Assembly: GCA_965279515.1 (NCBI GenBank)
Contig: CBDIID010000003.1
Location: 4,576,001-4,640,000 of the forward strand
Direction: 5' to 3'
From: Turneriella sp.
GTDB lineage: Bacteria; Spirochaetota; Leptospiria; Turneriellales; Turneriellaceae
DNA: 64,000 bases
Below, in pieces: positions 39,459 through 47,962 of this stretch (positions are counted from its first letter, which is position 1; every line of letters begins with the position of its first letter). A program made the position numbers and the translations under genes. Below the pieces are notes generated by a model. That model did not search any database, was not told the DNA's origin, and saw only the letters and a list, made by a program, of their open reading frames with translations.

Positions 39459-40586
39459 TTGTTTCGCGTCGCTAAAATTTCTTCTTTTGTAACCCTCTTA
39501 TTCGCGCTCAGTAGCGGTGTTTTTGCCGCCAAAGAAAAGGTTCGCTTTACTTTGGTGCAGATCGAAAAACGTTCATATCTCTCGCTGGGCAACCTGAAAC
39601 GGGTACACAACGACTTGACTGTCAGCTATAACGCAGGGGAAGAGCAGGGTGAAATCCGCTTTGGTAAGCGGATTATCCTTTTCTCCCTGGGCAAGGCCGA
39701 GTACCAATCGCAAAATGAAATCCGCGAGCTCGACGGCGAGGGTGTCATCGAGGACGATGGTTTATTTTTTTCGCGTGAATTTATCGAAGAGATTCTGACA
39801 GAGCTAAGCCTGCCGGTCTCATACAAGTTTCAAAAGAATAATCTGATTATCGTGCGCGATAAAGAGCGCGAGGGCCTGCAAAAGCTCGATTTTATCTATA
39901 TCGACGCCGGCCACGGCGGCCGCGACTCGGGGGCGCTGGGGTATTTCGACTATGCCGAGAAGGATATCACGCTCAGCCTTGCGCATGCGCTGAAAGACCA
40001 GTTGGCCACCGATTTTCCCAAGGTCAAGATTTACCTCACACGCAGCGGCGATAAATTTATCCGTCTCGAAAAGAGAAGCGAGCTGGCGAACAAAAGGCTT
40101 AACGGTGCGCCCGGTACCCCGGGCGCATTCGGCATTTTTGTCAGTGTCCACTGTAACTCCCACCTTTCGCCGAAGGTCAAAGGTTTTGAGATCTATTACC
40201 TCGCTCAGAACCCCGACAATAAACAGTCACGCGAACTTCAACTCAGGGAAAATCAAGGCTTTGAGAAGAGCGGTTATATCAAACGCCTGACGAGCCAACT
40301 CATGAACGCGCAGATTCAGCGGGAGAGCAAAACACTGGCGCGGGCCGTGTTTAAGGGCATCAGCATTCGCCTTGACGGTATGATTAAACCGCGAAAAGTG
40401 AAGAAGGCGGATTTTGCGGTTTTGAGGGGCTCACTCATGCCGGCAATCCTCATAGAAACAGGCTATCTGACAAACAGGGACGACTTGAAGAAATTACGCA
40501 GCAGCGAATATTCCAAAGCCTTTGCCGCCGGGGTCAGCCGTGGTATCGGAGCTTTCTTAGGTGAACTTTCAAAAGCTGAAAAATAA
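39459..40586 (+). CDS. N-acetylmuramoyl-L-alanine amidase (Amidase_3)
   Basis: IDAGHGGRDSGA, AEKD, FVSVHCN, PAILIETGY; signal peptide after TTG 39459. Confidence 0.88.
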   Translation: MFRVAKISSFVTLLFALSSGVFAAKEKVRFTLVQIEKRSYLSLGNLKRVHNDLTVSYNAGEEQGEIRFGKRIILFSLGKAEYQSQNEIRELDGEGVIEDDGLFFSREFIEEILTELSLPVSYKFQKNNLIIVRDKEREGLQKLDFIYIDAGHGGRDSGALGYFDYAEKDITLSLAHALKDQLATDFPKVKIYLTRSGDKFIRLEKRSELANKRLNGAPGTPGAFGIFVSVHCNSHLSPKVKGFEIYYLAQNPDNKQSRELQLRENQGFEKSGYIKRLTSQLMNAQIQRESKTLARAVFKGISIRLDGMIKPRKVKKADFAVLRGSLMPAILIETGYLTNRDDLKKLRSSEYSKAFAAGVSRGIGAFLGELSKAEK

Positions 40587-41283
40587 ATTTTTAGGCTTCT
40601 TCCCGGCAATCACGAACAGGCTGAATACCTTCCTGGCTTGGCTGAGTGTGCCGCTGAACCGTTTTCGTTTTCTCACCCTCTTGTTGGTCGTCGATTTTAT
40701 GGCCTTTATGTCGCTGACCAAAAGCAGTTATCTGCAGCTGTTGAACCCGGTCGCATTTCTATCCGTACCGCGCGCTGAAAGCTACCAGACATTGGAACTC
40801 TATTTCCCGCGCTCGCTGTCGCTGACCGGTGTCGAGAAAATCTACGCCGAAGACGAGGCCGTGCCCTCGACGGGGCTGGGTGATGCAAAACAGCCGGCCG
40901 CCGCGCCGAAAGAAGCTGCCAAGGTGCTCGACGATGCGGCTATCCAGGCCGAGGTCATCCTTATTAAAAAACGTTCCGCAAAACCTCTGGCCAAGGTCGA
41001 TACGCTCGAGCTGAGCCCCGCTGAAGCCGCCGCGCGCCGCATCATCTATGAACTCGTTGCAGGCCCCGCGGGTGAGCGTGGGTCATTGAAGGCGCGCAAC
41101 CTTTTGAAAGAAAAAATTTTCCTGCGCGCGCTCTGGACCTACCAGGGCAAACTCTACATCTCGACCGAAAAAGCCGCGTGGGAAAAAATGTCGCCCAACG
41201 AACAAAAAGTGACCGAATATTGCATTCTGGAATCACTCAAGAAAAATCTTCCCGCTGAAAAATTTGCTCTACTAAGAGAATAA
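40561..41283 (+). CDS. Membrane-anchored hypothetical protein
   Basis: N-terminal TM; overlaps amidase stop and abuts PNP. Confidence 0.6.
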   Translation: MNFQKLKNKFLGFFPAITNRLNTFLAWLSVPLNRFRFLTLLLVVDFMAFMSLTKSSYLQLLNPVAFLSVPRAESYQTLELYFPRSLSLTGVEKIYAEDEAVPSTGLGDAKQPAAAPKEAAKVLDDAAIQAEVILIKKRSAKPLAKVDTLELSPAEAAARRIIYELVAGPAGERGSLKARNLLKEKIFLRALWTYQGKLYISTEKAAWEKMSPNEQKVTEYCILESLKKNLPAEKFALLRE

Positions 41284-41284
41284 T

Positions 41285-42115
41285 ATGTCACAGATTACGC
41301 CCCAGGAAATTGAAGGCGCCGCAAATTTTTTGCGCGCCAAGGTGAACTTCCCGCTGCAACTCGGTATCATCCTGGGTTCGGGGCTCTCGGGCCTCGCCGA
41401 CCGCGCTGAGAAAAGCGTCGCGGTTCCGTACGGTATGGTGCCGCATTTTCCGCAGTCAACCGTCGAAGGCCATAGCGGAAAATTTGTCGGCGGTTTTATC
41501 GAAGACACCTCGGTGCTGATGATGCAGGGCCGTGTGCACTTTTACGAAGGATATACGATGCCGCAGGTGGCGATGGGCGTGCGCCTCATGGCCGCGCTCG
41601 GCGTAAGAACCCTCATTGTCACCAACGCCGCCGGCGCTGTGAATACCAATTATACTCCCGGGGATTTCATGCTGATTCAGGATCACCTGAACTTCATGGG
41701 GGTAAATCCCCTCATCGGCAAACACTATAGCGAGTGGGGCGAACGTTTTGTCGACCAGAGCGATACCTATTCTCCCGAACTCATGGCGCGCGCCCGTGGG
41801 GTTGCCAAGGCATATAACGTAACGCTGCGCGAAGGCGTCTATGCGGGCCTCACAGGCCCCACCTATGAAACTCCGGCGGAGATCCGCATGTTACGCACCA
41901 TGGGGGCCGATGCCTGCGGCATGAGCACCGTGCCTGAAGCGATTGTTGCCCGCCAGTGCGGTATGCGCGTCCTGGGTCTGAGTATCATCACCAATATGGG
42001 TGCGGGAATGGCATCGCCTCTGCACCACAGTGAAGTGGTTGAAATTGCCGAAAAGCGCAAGACCGATTTCCAGAACCTGCTTTCCGGCATCATCAAAACC
42101 ATAAACGCCGAGTAG
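41285..42115 (+). CDS. punA: Purine-nucleoside phosphorylase (trimeric type)
   Basis: IILGSGL, GRVHFYEG, TNAAG, GPTYETPAE, GMSTVPE. Confidence 0.92.
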   Translation: MSQITPQEIEGAANFLRAKVNFPLQLGIILGSGLSGLADRAEKSVAVPYGMVPHFPQSTVEGHSGKFVGGFIEDTSVLMMQGRVHFYEGYTMPQVAMGVRLMAALGVRTLIVTNAAGAVNTNYTPGDFMLIQDHLNFMGVNPLIGKHYSEWGERFVDQSDTYSPELMARARGVAKAYNVTLREGVYAGLTGPTYETPAEIRMLRTMGADACGMSTVPEAIVARQCGMRVLGLSIITNMGAGMASPLHHSEVVEIAEKRKTDFQNLLSGIIKTINAE

Positions 42116-42127
42116 CAGCTTCTCTTA

Positions 42128-42330
42128 GAACCTATCTCAGCAGCCTTTAGGCTTGGCGTTTCTACGAAACGCCCAGATCGAGGCGCGATCTTCGATAACC
42201 TGACACTGCTTCAAAAAACAGAAATCCTCGCCATTTCGCGGAGCGAAATGGCTGCTGAAGCGGCGAAGACGCCTGCTTTCTGCTTTTTGAAGCTCGATAA
42301 TTGTGCGCCTCGATCTACTGAGATAGGTTC
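42128..42330. mobile_element. 203-bp MITE (non-autonomous, IS5/IS1031-like ends)
   Basis: Perfect 13-bp TIR GAACCTATCTCAG / CTGAGATAGGTTC (15/16 extended); TTA on both sides (42125-42127, 42331-42333); no ORF. Confidence 0.8.
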
Positions 42331-42378
42331 TTAGTCTTTTGATTTACGCCCTTTTCGGGATTCTGTGGATGAGTCTAT

Positions 42379-43704
42379 ATGCATCCTGCGAAGGCGCGTT
42401 CTCCTCATCCCAAAGAACACCGGATAGTTCTGAGTTATTTCCATAAAGAAAACTCGCACACCCTGAAAGTTTACGAAGCCGAAGGCGGTTATGCGCAACT
42501 GAAGCGCATCGGGCGCGATGAAAAAGAAAAATGGAATCCGAACGCGATCATAGACGAAGTCAAAAAATCCAACCTGCGCGGCCGCGGTGGTGCGGGTTTT
42601 GCCACCGGTATGAAGTGGTCGTTTGTACCCAAAGACAATGCCGAACCGAAATACGTCGTCTGCAATGCCGATGAATCCGAACCCGGTACTTTTAAAGACC
42701 GTTTCATGCTCGAAGAAATTCCGCATTCGATTATCGAGGGCATGATCATCGCGGGCCTCGCGCTCAACAGCGAGCAGGGGTATATCTATATCCGCGGCGA
42801 GTTCTACCAGGGTTGGGAGCGCATGGAAGCGGCGCTTGCGGAAGCTTACGCAGCCGGTTATCTGGGCGACAATATTCTCGGCACGGGCCGTAAATTTCAC
42901 CTCGCCACATACCGCGGCGCCGGCGCTTACATCTGCGGCGAAGAGACCGCGCTGCTCGAAAGTTTAGAGGGCAAACGCGGCCATCCCCGCCTCAAACCTC
43001 CTTTCCCTGCTTTCAAAGGCCTCTATGCTTCACCGACTGTTGTGAACAATGTCGAGACATTCGCAACCGTTCCGGCGATTTTCCGCCTCGGCGGCGAGAC
43101 CTATGCAAAACTCTGCAAGGGCAATGAAAAATCCGGCGGCACAAAGGTGTTTTCGATTTCAGGTCACGTGCAAAATCCCGGTGTGTATGAAATCCCACTG
43201 GGGCTGCCGCTCTCCGAAGTGATTGAAATTGCAGGGGGACTCAAACCGGGGCGGACACTCAAGGCTGTGATTCCCGGCGGCAGTTCAACGCCGATACTGA
43301 CGCCCGCCGAAGTAGAGAAGGCCATTTTTGATTACGAGGGTATGGCGGCGGTGGGTACCTTTCTGGGGTCGGGCGGCCTCATGGTGCTCGACGATACCAC
43401 AGACATGGTCGAGCTCACTTACCGTGTGGCGCACTTCTATGGTCATGAAAGCTGCGGGCAGTGTACTCCCTGCCGCGAAGGCAGCCGCTGGGTTGCCGAC
43501 GTGGTGCACCGGGTGCGCGATAACCATGCGCAGGTCGACGACCTCGATACGCTTTTGAGCTTCGCCGGTAACATGGGCAATGGCACGACGATCTGTCCGT
43601 TTTCAGATGCAGTCGTGATGGGTGTTACGCCCATCATCAAAAAATTCCGCGCCGATTTCGTCAGCCGCATTACCGCGGGCAAGGAATCCACTCATGTTCA
43701 GTAA
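42379..43704 (+). CDS. nuoF: NADH-quinone oxidoreductase subunit F
   Basis: LRGRGGAGF, NADESEPGTFKDR, GAGAYICGEETAL, ESCGQCTPCREG. Confidence 0.93.
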   Translation: MHPAKARSPHPKEHRIVLSYFHKENSHTLKVYEAEGGYAQLKRIGRDEKEKWNPNAIIDEVKKSNLRGRGGAGFATGMKWSFVPKDNAEPKYVVCNADESEPGTFKDRFMLEEIPHSIIEGMIIAGLALNSEQGYIYIRGEFYQGWERMEAALAEAYAAGYLGDNILGTGRKFHLATYRGAGAYICGEETALLESLEGKRGHPRLKPPFPAFKGLYASPTVVNNVETFATVPAIFRLGGETYAKLCKGNEKSGGTKVFSISGHVQNPGVYEIPLGLPLSEVIEIAGGLKPGRTLKAVIPGGSSTPILTPAEVEKAIFDYEGMAAVGTFLGSGGLMVLDDTTDMVELTYRVAHFYGHESCGQCTPCREGSRWVADVVHRVRDNHAQVDDLDTLLSFAGNMGNGTTICPFSDAVVMGVTPIIKKFRADFVSRITAGKESTHVQ

Positions 43705-45526
43705 AATACGCGGAATATATAATTCGATTTTTACCACCATCCGCGCGAAGCTGATCGCGATTATTTCGCTGATCGTTCTCGCGAGCGTGTTGCTTTTTAC
43801 CGGGATTTCACTCAACATGTTCCAGTCGAGCATGTCTGAGATGGTGAAGCTCAACAACGGTAACAACGCCAAAATGCTTTCCGATAAAGTCGAGGGCGAA
43901 CTTAAGGGCAATGCTGAGCAGCTGCGCCTTCTGAGTTCCCTGTCGCGACAAAGCAGCTCGGTGATGAATGCGTATTTTAAAGATGACAGCGATTTTCTTC
44001 TCGTCGCCGACTTTGCCTCGCTGGATTCCGAGCCTTCTAAAATCTACTACCGCGAAGAAAAACTCGATCGCCTGAATCTCACGGTTTCGTCGCTGACCAC
44101 TTTTCTGAAATTCACCGCCGCAGATGCGAAACAGATCCGCGAAGGCAAAACCATCATCAGGGCGCTGACCTCGCCGCGGCAAAACGTCTGGCTCTATGTC
44201 GTGCCCGTCAGGGAAAAAGGCAGCGAGCATGGCATTGCCGCAATCATGAACGGCGACTCGCTTTCGGCCCTGTTTTCTGCGGTTAAATCGAAAGGAACAT
44301 CGTCTTCTCTTTACAGCGCGATGCTCGTCGACGCCGAAAAAAAGCTCGTCGCGCATTCGGATAACCGTAAGTACAAGGCATCGCAGAATATGGCCGATCA
44401 CCCGGCCGTTGACATCGCCTTCAAGAAATTTGCGCAGAATGTCGTGACCGGGGTGCAGCGTTATTCGCTCAACGACACCAACGAATATGGCAGCTACCGG
44501 AAACTGGCTTTCGGCGGTGCCGGCCTGATTACCACGGTGAACGAAGATATCGCCCTCGAAGGGGTACGTTGGGCGCGTATCCTGACTATTTTGCTGGCAT
44601 TTCTGATCATCACCATTGCCATTCTGTTCATCTACTTCTTTGCCCGCACAATTTCTGACCCCCTGAAGCGGCTCGTTGGCGCCACACAAACCATCCGCGG
44701 CGGAAACTACGATGTCAAACTCGAAAATTCATCGCGCGACGAGACGGGTGAACTGACAAATGCCTTTAATGAAATGGCGGCGGGCCTTAAGGAACGCGAG
44801 CATCTCAAAGGTGCTTTCGGTAAATTCGTCAACGAAGAGGTGGCGAAGATGGTTATGCGCGGCGATCTCGCGCTTGGCGGTGAATCCAAAACAGCGACGG
44901 TATTTTTCTCTGATATCCGCTCGTTTACCTCGATTTCTGAAAAACTTACGCCACACGAAGTTGTCGGTTTTCTCAACGAATACATGACGCTGATGGTCGA
45001 GATTGTGCATAAACACCACGGTGTTGTCGATAAATTCATCGGCGATGCTATCATGGCGATCTGGGGAGCGCCCGTGACGCGGCCCAATGATGTGGAAAAT
45101 GCGCTCAACGCGACGCTCGAGATGCGCGCCGCGCTGCAGAAGTTTAATGTCGGCCGCGGCAGTAAAAGTAAACCCATCATCCGTATTGGCATGGGGCTCA
45201 ATACCGGTGACCTGCTCGCGGGTCAGATCGGTTCGAATGACAGGCTTGAATATACCGTGATCGGCGATACGGTTAACCTCGCCTCGCGGATTGAAGGCCT
45301 CAATAAAACCTTTGGTACCGACATCCTGATCAGCGAGAACACCTATGAACTCGTGAAGAAAAACTACAGCTGCCTTCAGCTCGAAAAGATCAAAGTGAAA
45401 GGTAAAGACGAAGCGCAGCGCGTCTATGCGGTATTAGGCAAAGCGGGAGATCCCAAAGCGCCGAAATCTTTGGCCGAACTGCATAAACTGATCGACCTCT
45501 ATCCGCAGAAAAAAACGACCAAATAG
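43694..45526 (+). CDS. Membrane adenylate/guanylate cyclase (periplasmic Cache-like + HAMP + class III cyclase)
   Basis: FSDIRSFT, DKFIGDAIM, YTVIGDTVNLASRIE; two TMs and HAMP; AAGGA SD before ATG 43694. Confidence 0.9.
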   Translation: MFSKIRGIYNSIFTTIRAKLIAIISLIVLASVLLFTGISLNMFQSSMSEMVKLNNGNNAKMLSDKVEGELKGNAEQLRLLSSLSRQSSSVMNAYFKDDSDFLLVADFASLDSEPSKIYYREEKLDRLNLTVSSLTTFLKFTAADAKQIREGKTIIRALTSPRQNVWLYVVPVREKGSEHGIAAIMNGDSLSALFSAVKSKGTSSSLYSAMLVDAEKKLVAHSDNRKYKASQNMADHPAVDIAFKKFAQNVVTGVQRYSLNDTNEYGSYRKLAFGGAGLITTVNEDIALEGVRWARILTILLAFLIITIAILFIYFFARTISDPLKRLVGATQTIRGGNYDVKLENSSRDETGELTNAFNEMAAGLKEREHLKGAFGKFVNEEVAKMVMRGDLALGGESKTATVFFSDIRSFTSISEKLTPHEVVGFLNEYMTLMVEIVHKHHGVVDKFIGDAIMAIWGAPVTRPNDVENALNATLEMRAALQKFNVGRGSKSKPIIRIGMGLNTGDLLAGQIGSNDRLEYTVIGDTVNLASRIEGLNKTFGTDILISENTYELVKKNYSCLQLEKIKVKGKDEAQRVYAVLGKAGDPKAPKSLAELHKLIDLYPQKKTTK

Positions 45527-45532
45527 GAAAAT

Positions 45533-47074
45533 ATGAAACTAAGCCGTCGCGATAAAGTCGTTACCGTCATTCTGATTGTAGTCATGCTGATACTGATCTA
45601 TATCATGCAGTGCCACTGGCGCAACCGTTTTGGTTCGCGCGGCGAATCTAAACCTGTGGGCCATGTCGAATACAAATACCACCAGGTACAGCGTAAGTTT
45701 TCTGACCGTATGCTGTGGGAAGATGTCGAATCCAAATCGGCGATCTATGCCTATGACTGGGTCATGACGAAAGATAAATCCGATGCGCGGATTACCCTCA
45801 ATAACGGCATGAAGGTCGATATGGACCCGGAGTCGATGGTCGAGATCGATGAAACCCGCGACGGCGTGGGGCTCACGCTGCGCGACGGCACGATCCGCGC
45901 CGACACGCGTACATCGAAGAACGGCAGCATTACCGCTGCAGATGGCACAAAAATCGATCTGTCAGGCGCCGATGCCCAGATTACCACCGACGGGAAAAAC
46001 GTATCTGTGGATGTGAAAGAGGGCAGTGCTACGCTCAAGAACCGCGACAAGGAATCGAAAGTCGGTGCGGGTGAAATCGGCAATGTCAACACCTCGGGTT
46101 TCAGCAAAGAAAAGACGTCGATTATTCTCCGCTCTCCCGCACAGGGTGCCGTTCAGGAGAGTGCATCCGCACCGGTCAATTTTGCCTTCGATGCGCCGCC
46201 GGGGTCTGACAATTGCAAAATTTCACTCTCGGGAAATAAGGCCAAAAGGCTGCTTGCCGTAAGCGGTGGTTCGCGCAGCGAGCGGCTCGCAGACGGCACG
46301 TACAAATGGCGTGTGACCTGCAATCAGAAAGGCCAGGCGGTCTCTTCACCCACAGGGACATTCCGTGTCCGGCCCACTGCAAATTTCGCACTCGTGTCTC
46401 CTTCTCCGGGGCAGGTCGTCTATGCCAATCAAACTGAGAACCTGGCGCTGCGCTGGCGCAGCAATGGCCCTGTCAAAGCCGAGCTTTCGCGCAGTGCTGA
46501 TTTTTCAAGTCCGGTCAAAGCCAGCGAGACGGGCGGGCAGAGCCTTGCGGTGCCCAACCTGAAGCCGGGAAAATATTACTGGCGTGTCTATCCTGCGGGT
46601 GACAGGGCGCAGGCGCTATCTTCCTCTTTCACAGTTTCTGAGAAGGGCGAACTTCTGGCTGAAAACACCGATAAGAATAATCAGACCGGGAAAAAGAACA
46701 AGTCAGAAAAGACCGAAAAAGCGGAAAAGCCAGAGAACTTCCGCATCACTGCGCGGGCAGAATCCCGGGTGAATATGGAGCCGGATGCAAAGACGGCGGG
46801 TGTACGCATTTCGTGGACACCTGTCAACAAGAAGCACCAGTATCGCGTACGCATCGCAGATAGTAAGGATTTTTCCGGAGAGCTGGTGACGCGCGACGTA
46901 ACGGGAAAAGGCCAGGCCACAGTGCCGCTGGCTCCCGGTGAATATTTCTACCGCGTAGACGTCCGGAAAGGAGCGGGAACCAGGCCCATGGCTTCGACCT
47001 TACCGCAAAAAATTACCGTGACGAAAAAGAAACTGCCGCCACCACCGCGCGTCAAATCTGTGCAGGCCGATTAA
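45533..47074 (+). CDS. FecR-domain protein with C-terminal Ig/Fn3-like repeats
   Basis: TM, S.A.ITL..G..V.MDPESMVEI, VDVKEGSA; LVSP...YYWRV repeats. Confidence 0.75.
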   Translation: MKLSRRDKVVTVILIVVMLILIYIMQCHWRNRFGSRGESKPVGHVEYKYHQVQRKFSDRMLWEDVESKSAIYAYDWVMTKDKSDARITLNNGMKVDMDPESMVEIDETRDGVGLTLRDGTIRADTRTSKNGSITAADGTKIDLSGADAQITTDGKNVSVDVKEGSATLKNRDKESKVGAGEIGNVNTSGFSKEKTSIILRSPAQGAVQESASAPVNFAFDAPPGSDNCKISLSGNKAKRLLAVSGGSRSERLADGTYKWRVTCNQKGQAVSSPTGTFRVRPTANFALVSPSPGQVVYANQTENLALRWRSNGPVKAELSRSADFSSPVKASETGGQSLAVPNLKPGKYYWRVYPAGDRAQALSSSFTVSEKGELLAENTDKNNQTGKKNKSEKTEKAEKPENFRITARAESRVNMEPDAKTAGVRISWTPVNKKHQYRVRIADSKDFSGELVTRDVTGKGQATVPLAPGEYFYRVDVRKGAGTRPMASTLPQKITVTKKKLPPPPRVKSVQAD

Positions 47075-47131
47075 GCTTCCGGTACAGCCCGTTTTTTCTT
47101 GACCACATTGCCGTCAAAGCCAGCTGTACTT

Positions 47132-47911
47132 ATGAAGTTTAAATACGTTCTGCTGGCCGGTTGCCTGGCAGCAATCTCTTGCGGCAAGAGTTATGAAGAA
47201 TTGCTGCAGCATGGTACCGAACAGCGCAAAGCACAGAAATGGGCCGATGCGAAACAAACGCTCTTTGCTGCGGCGGAAAAAAAGCAAACGGCCGAGGTCT
47301 ATAAAGAACTGGGGAATGTCTTTCTGCTCGGTGAACAGAACCTGGGTGAAGCGGAGGGTTATTATAAAAAGGCCCTGGGGGTTGACCCCACCTATATCAA
47401 CGCCGAATTTAACATGGCGGTTGTAGCCCTAAAAAAATATGAAATGACGCTCGACGAAAGGGGTAAGGGCAATGAAGTTTTGCTCGATGATGCCGACAAA
47501 TGGTTCAAAAAGGTCTATGCGCAAAACCCGAATTTCGGCGTGGGCATTGAAGAGATGGCAAAATATTATTATTACCGAAGGGATTACAAAGCGGCGCTCG
47601 AGACCGCCCAAAAAGCCATCGCTGTGGATAACCGCAATTCGAATGCCTATTCGGTCATGGGCCAGATCTATTACAGCGGCATCAAGGATTTCAAACAGGC
47701 ATTTGAAAACTTTGAGCAGGCGCGATCTCTGAACAATAAAGATGCCGATATCGTCTATTTTCTCTGGGCGACGAGCGAGAAGCTCAAAAAAACCCAGGAT
47801 GCCGCACAATTCAAGACCCGCTATGAGCAGATGCTGAAACAAGAGGGTTTGGCTGGCGATCAGGCCAAAGACCGGGTCAAAAGGCTCGAAAATCAGCTCC
47901 GCGGGGGATAA
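47132..47911 (+). CDS. TPR lipoprotein
   Basis: MKFKYVLLAGCLAAISC lipobox; TPR repeats. Confidence 0.75.
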   Translation: MKFKYVLLAGCLAAISCGKSYEELLQHGTEQRKAQKWADAKQTLFAAAEKKQTAEVYKELGNVFLLGEQNLGEAEGYYKKALGVDPTYINAEFNMAVVALKKYEMTLDERGKGNEVLLDDADKWFKKVYAQNPNFGVGIEEMAKYYYYRRDYKAALETAQKAIAVDNRNSNAYSVMGQIYYSGIKDFKQAFENFEQARSLNNKDADIVYFLWATSEKLKKTQDAAQFKTRYEQMLKQEGLAGDQAKDRVKRLENQLRGG

Positions 47912-47962
47912 CTCCCACCGCTGGCCCGCAAGTTTGCCCTACGGGAAGGCCGATAAATAGCT

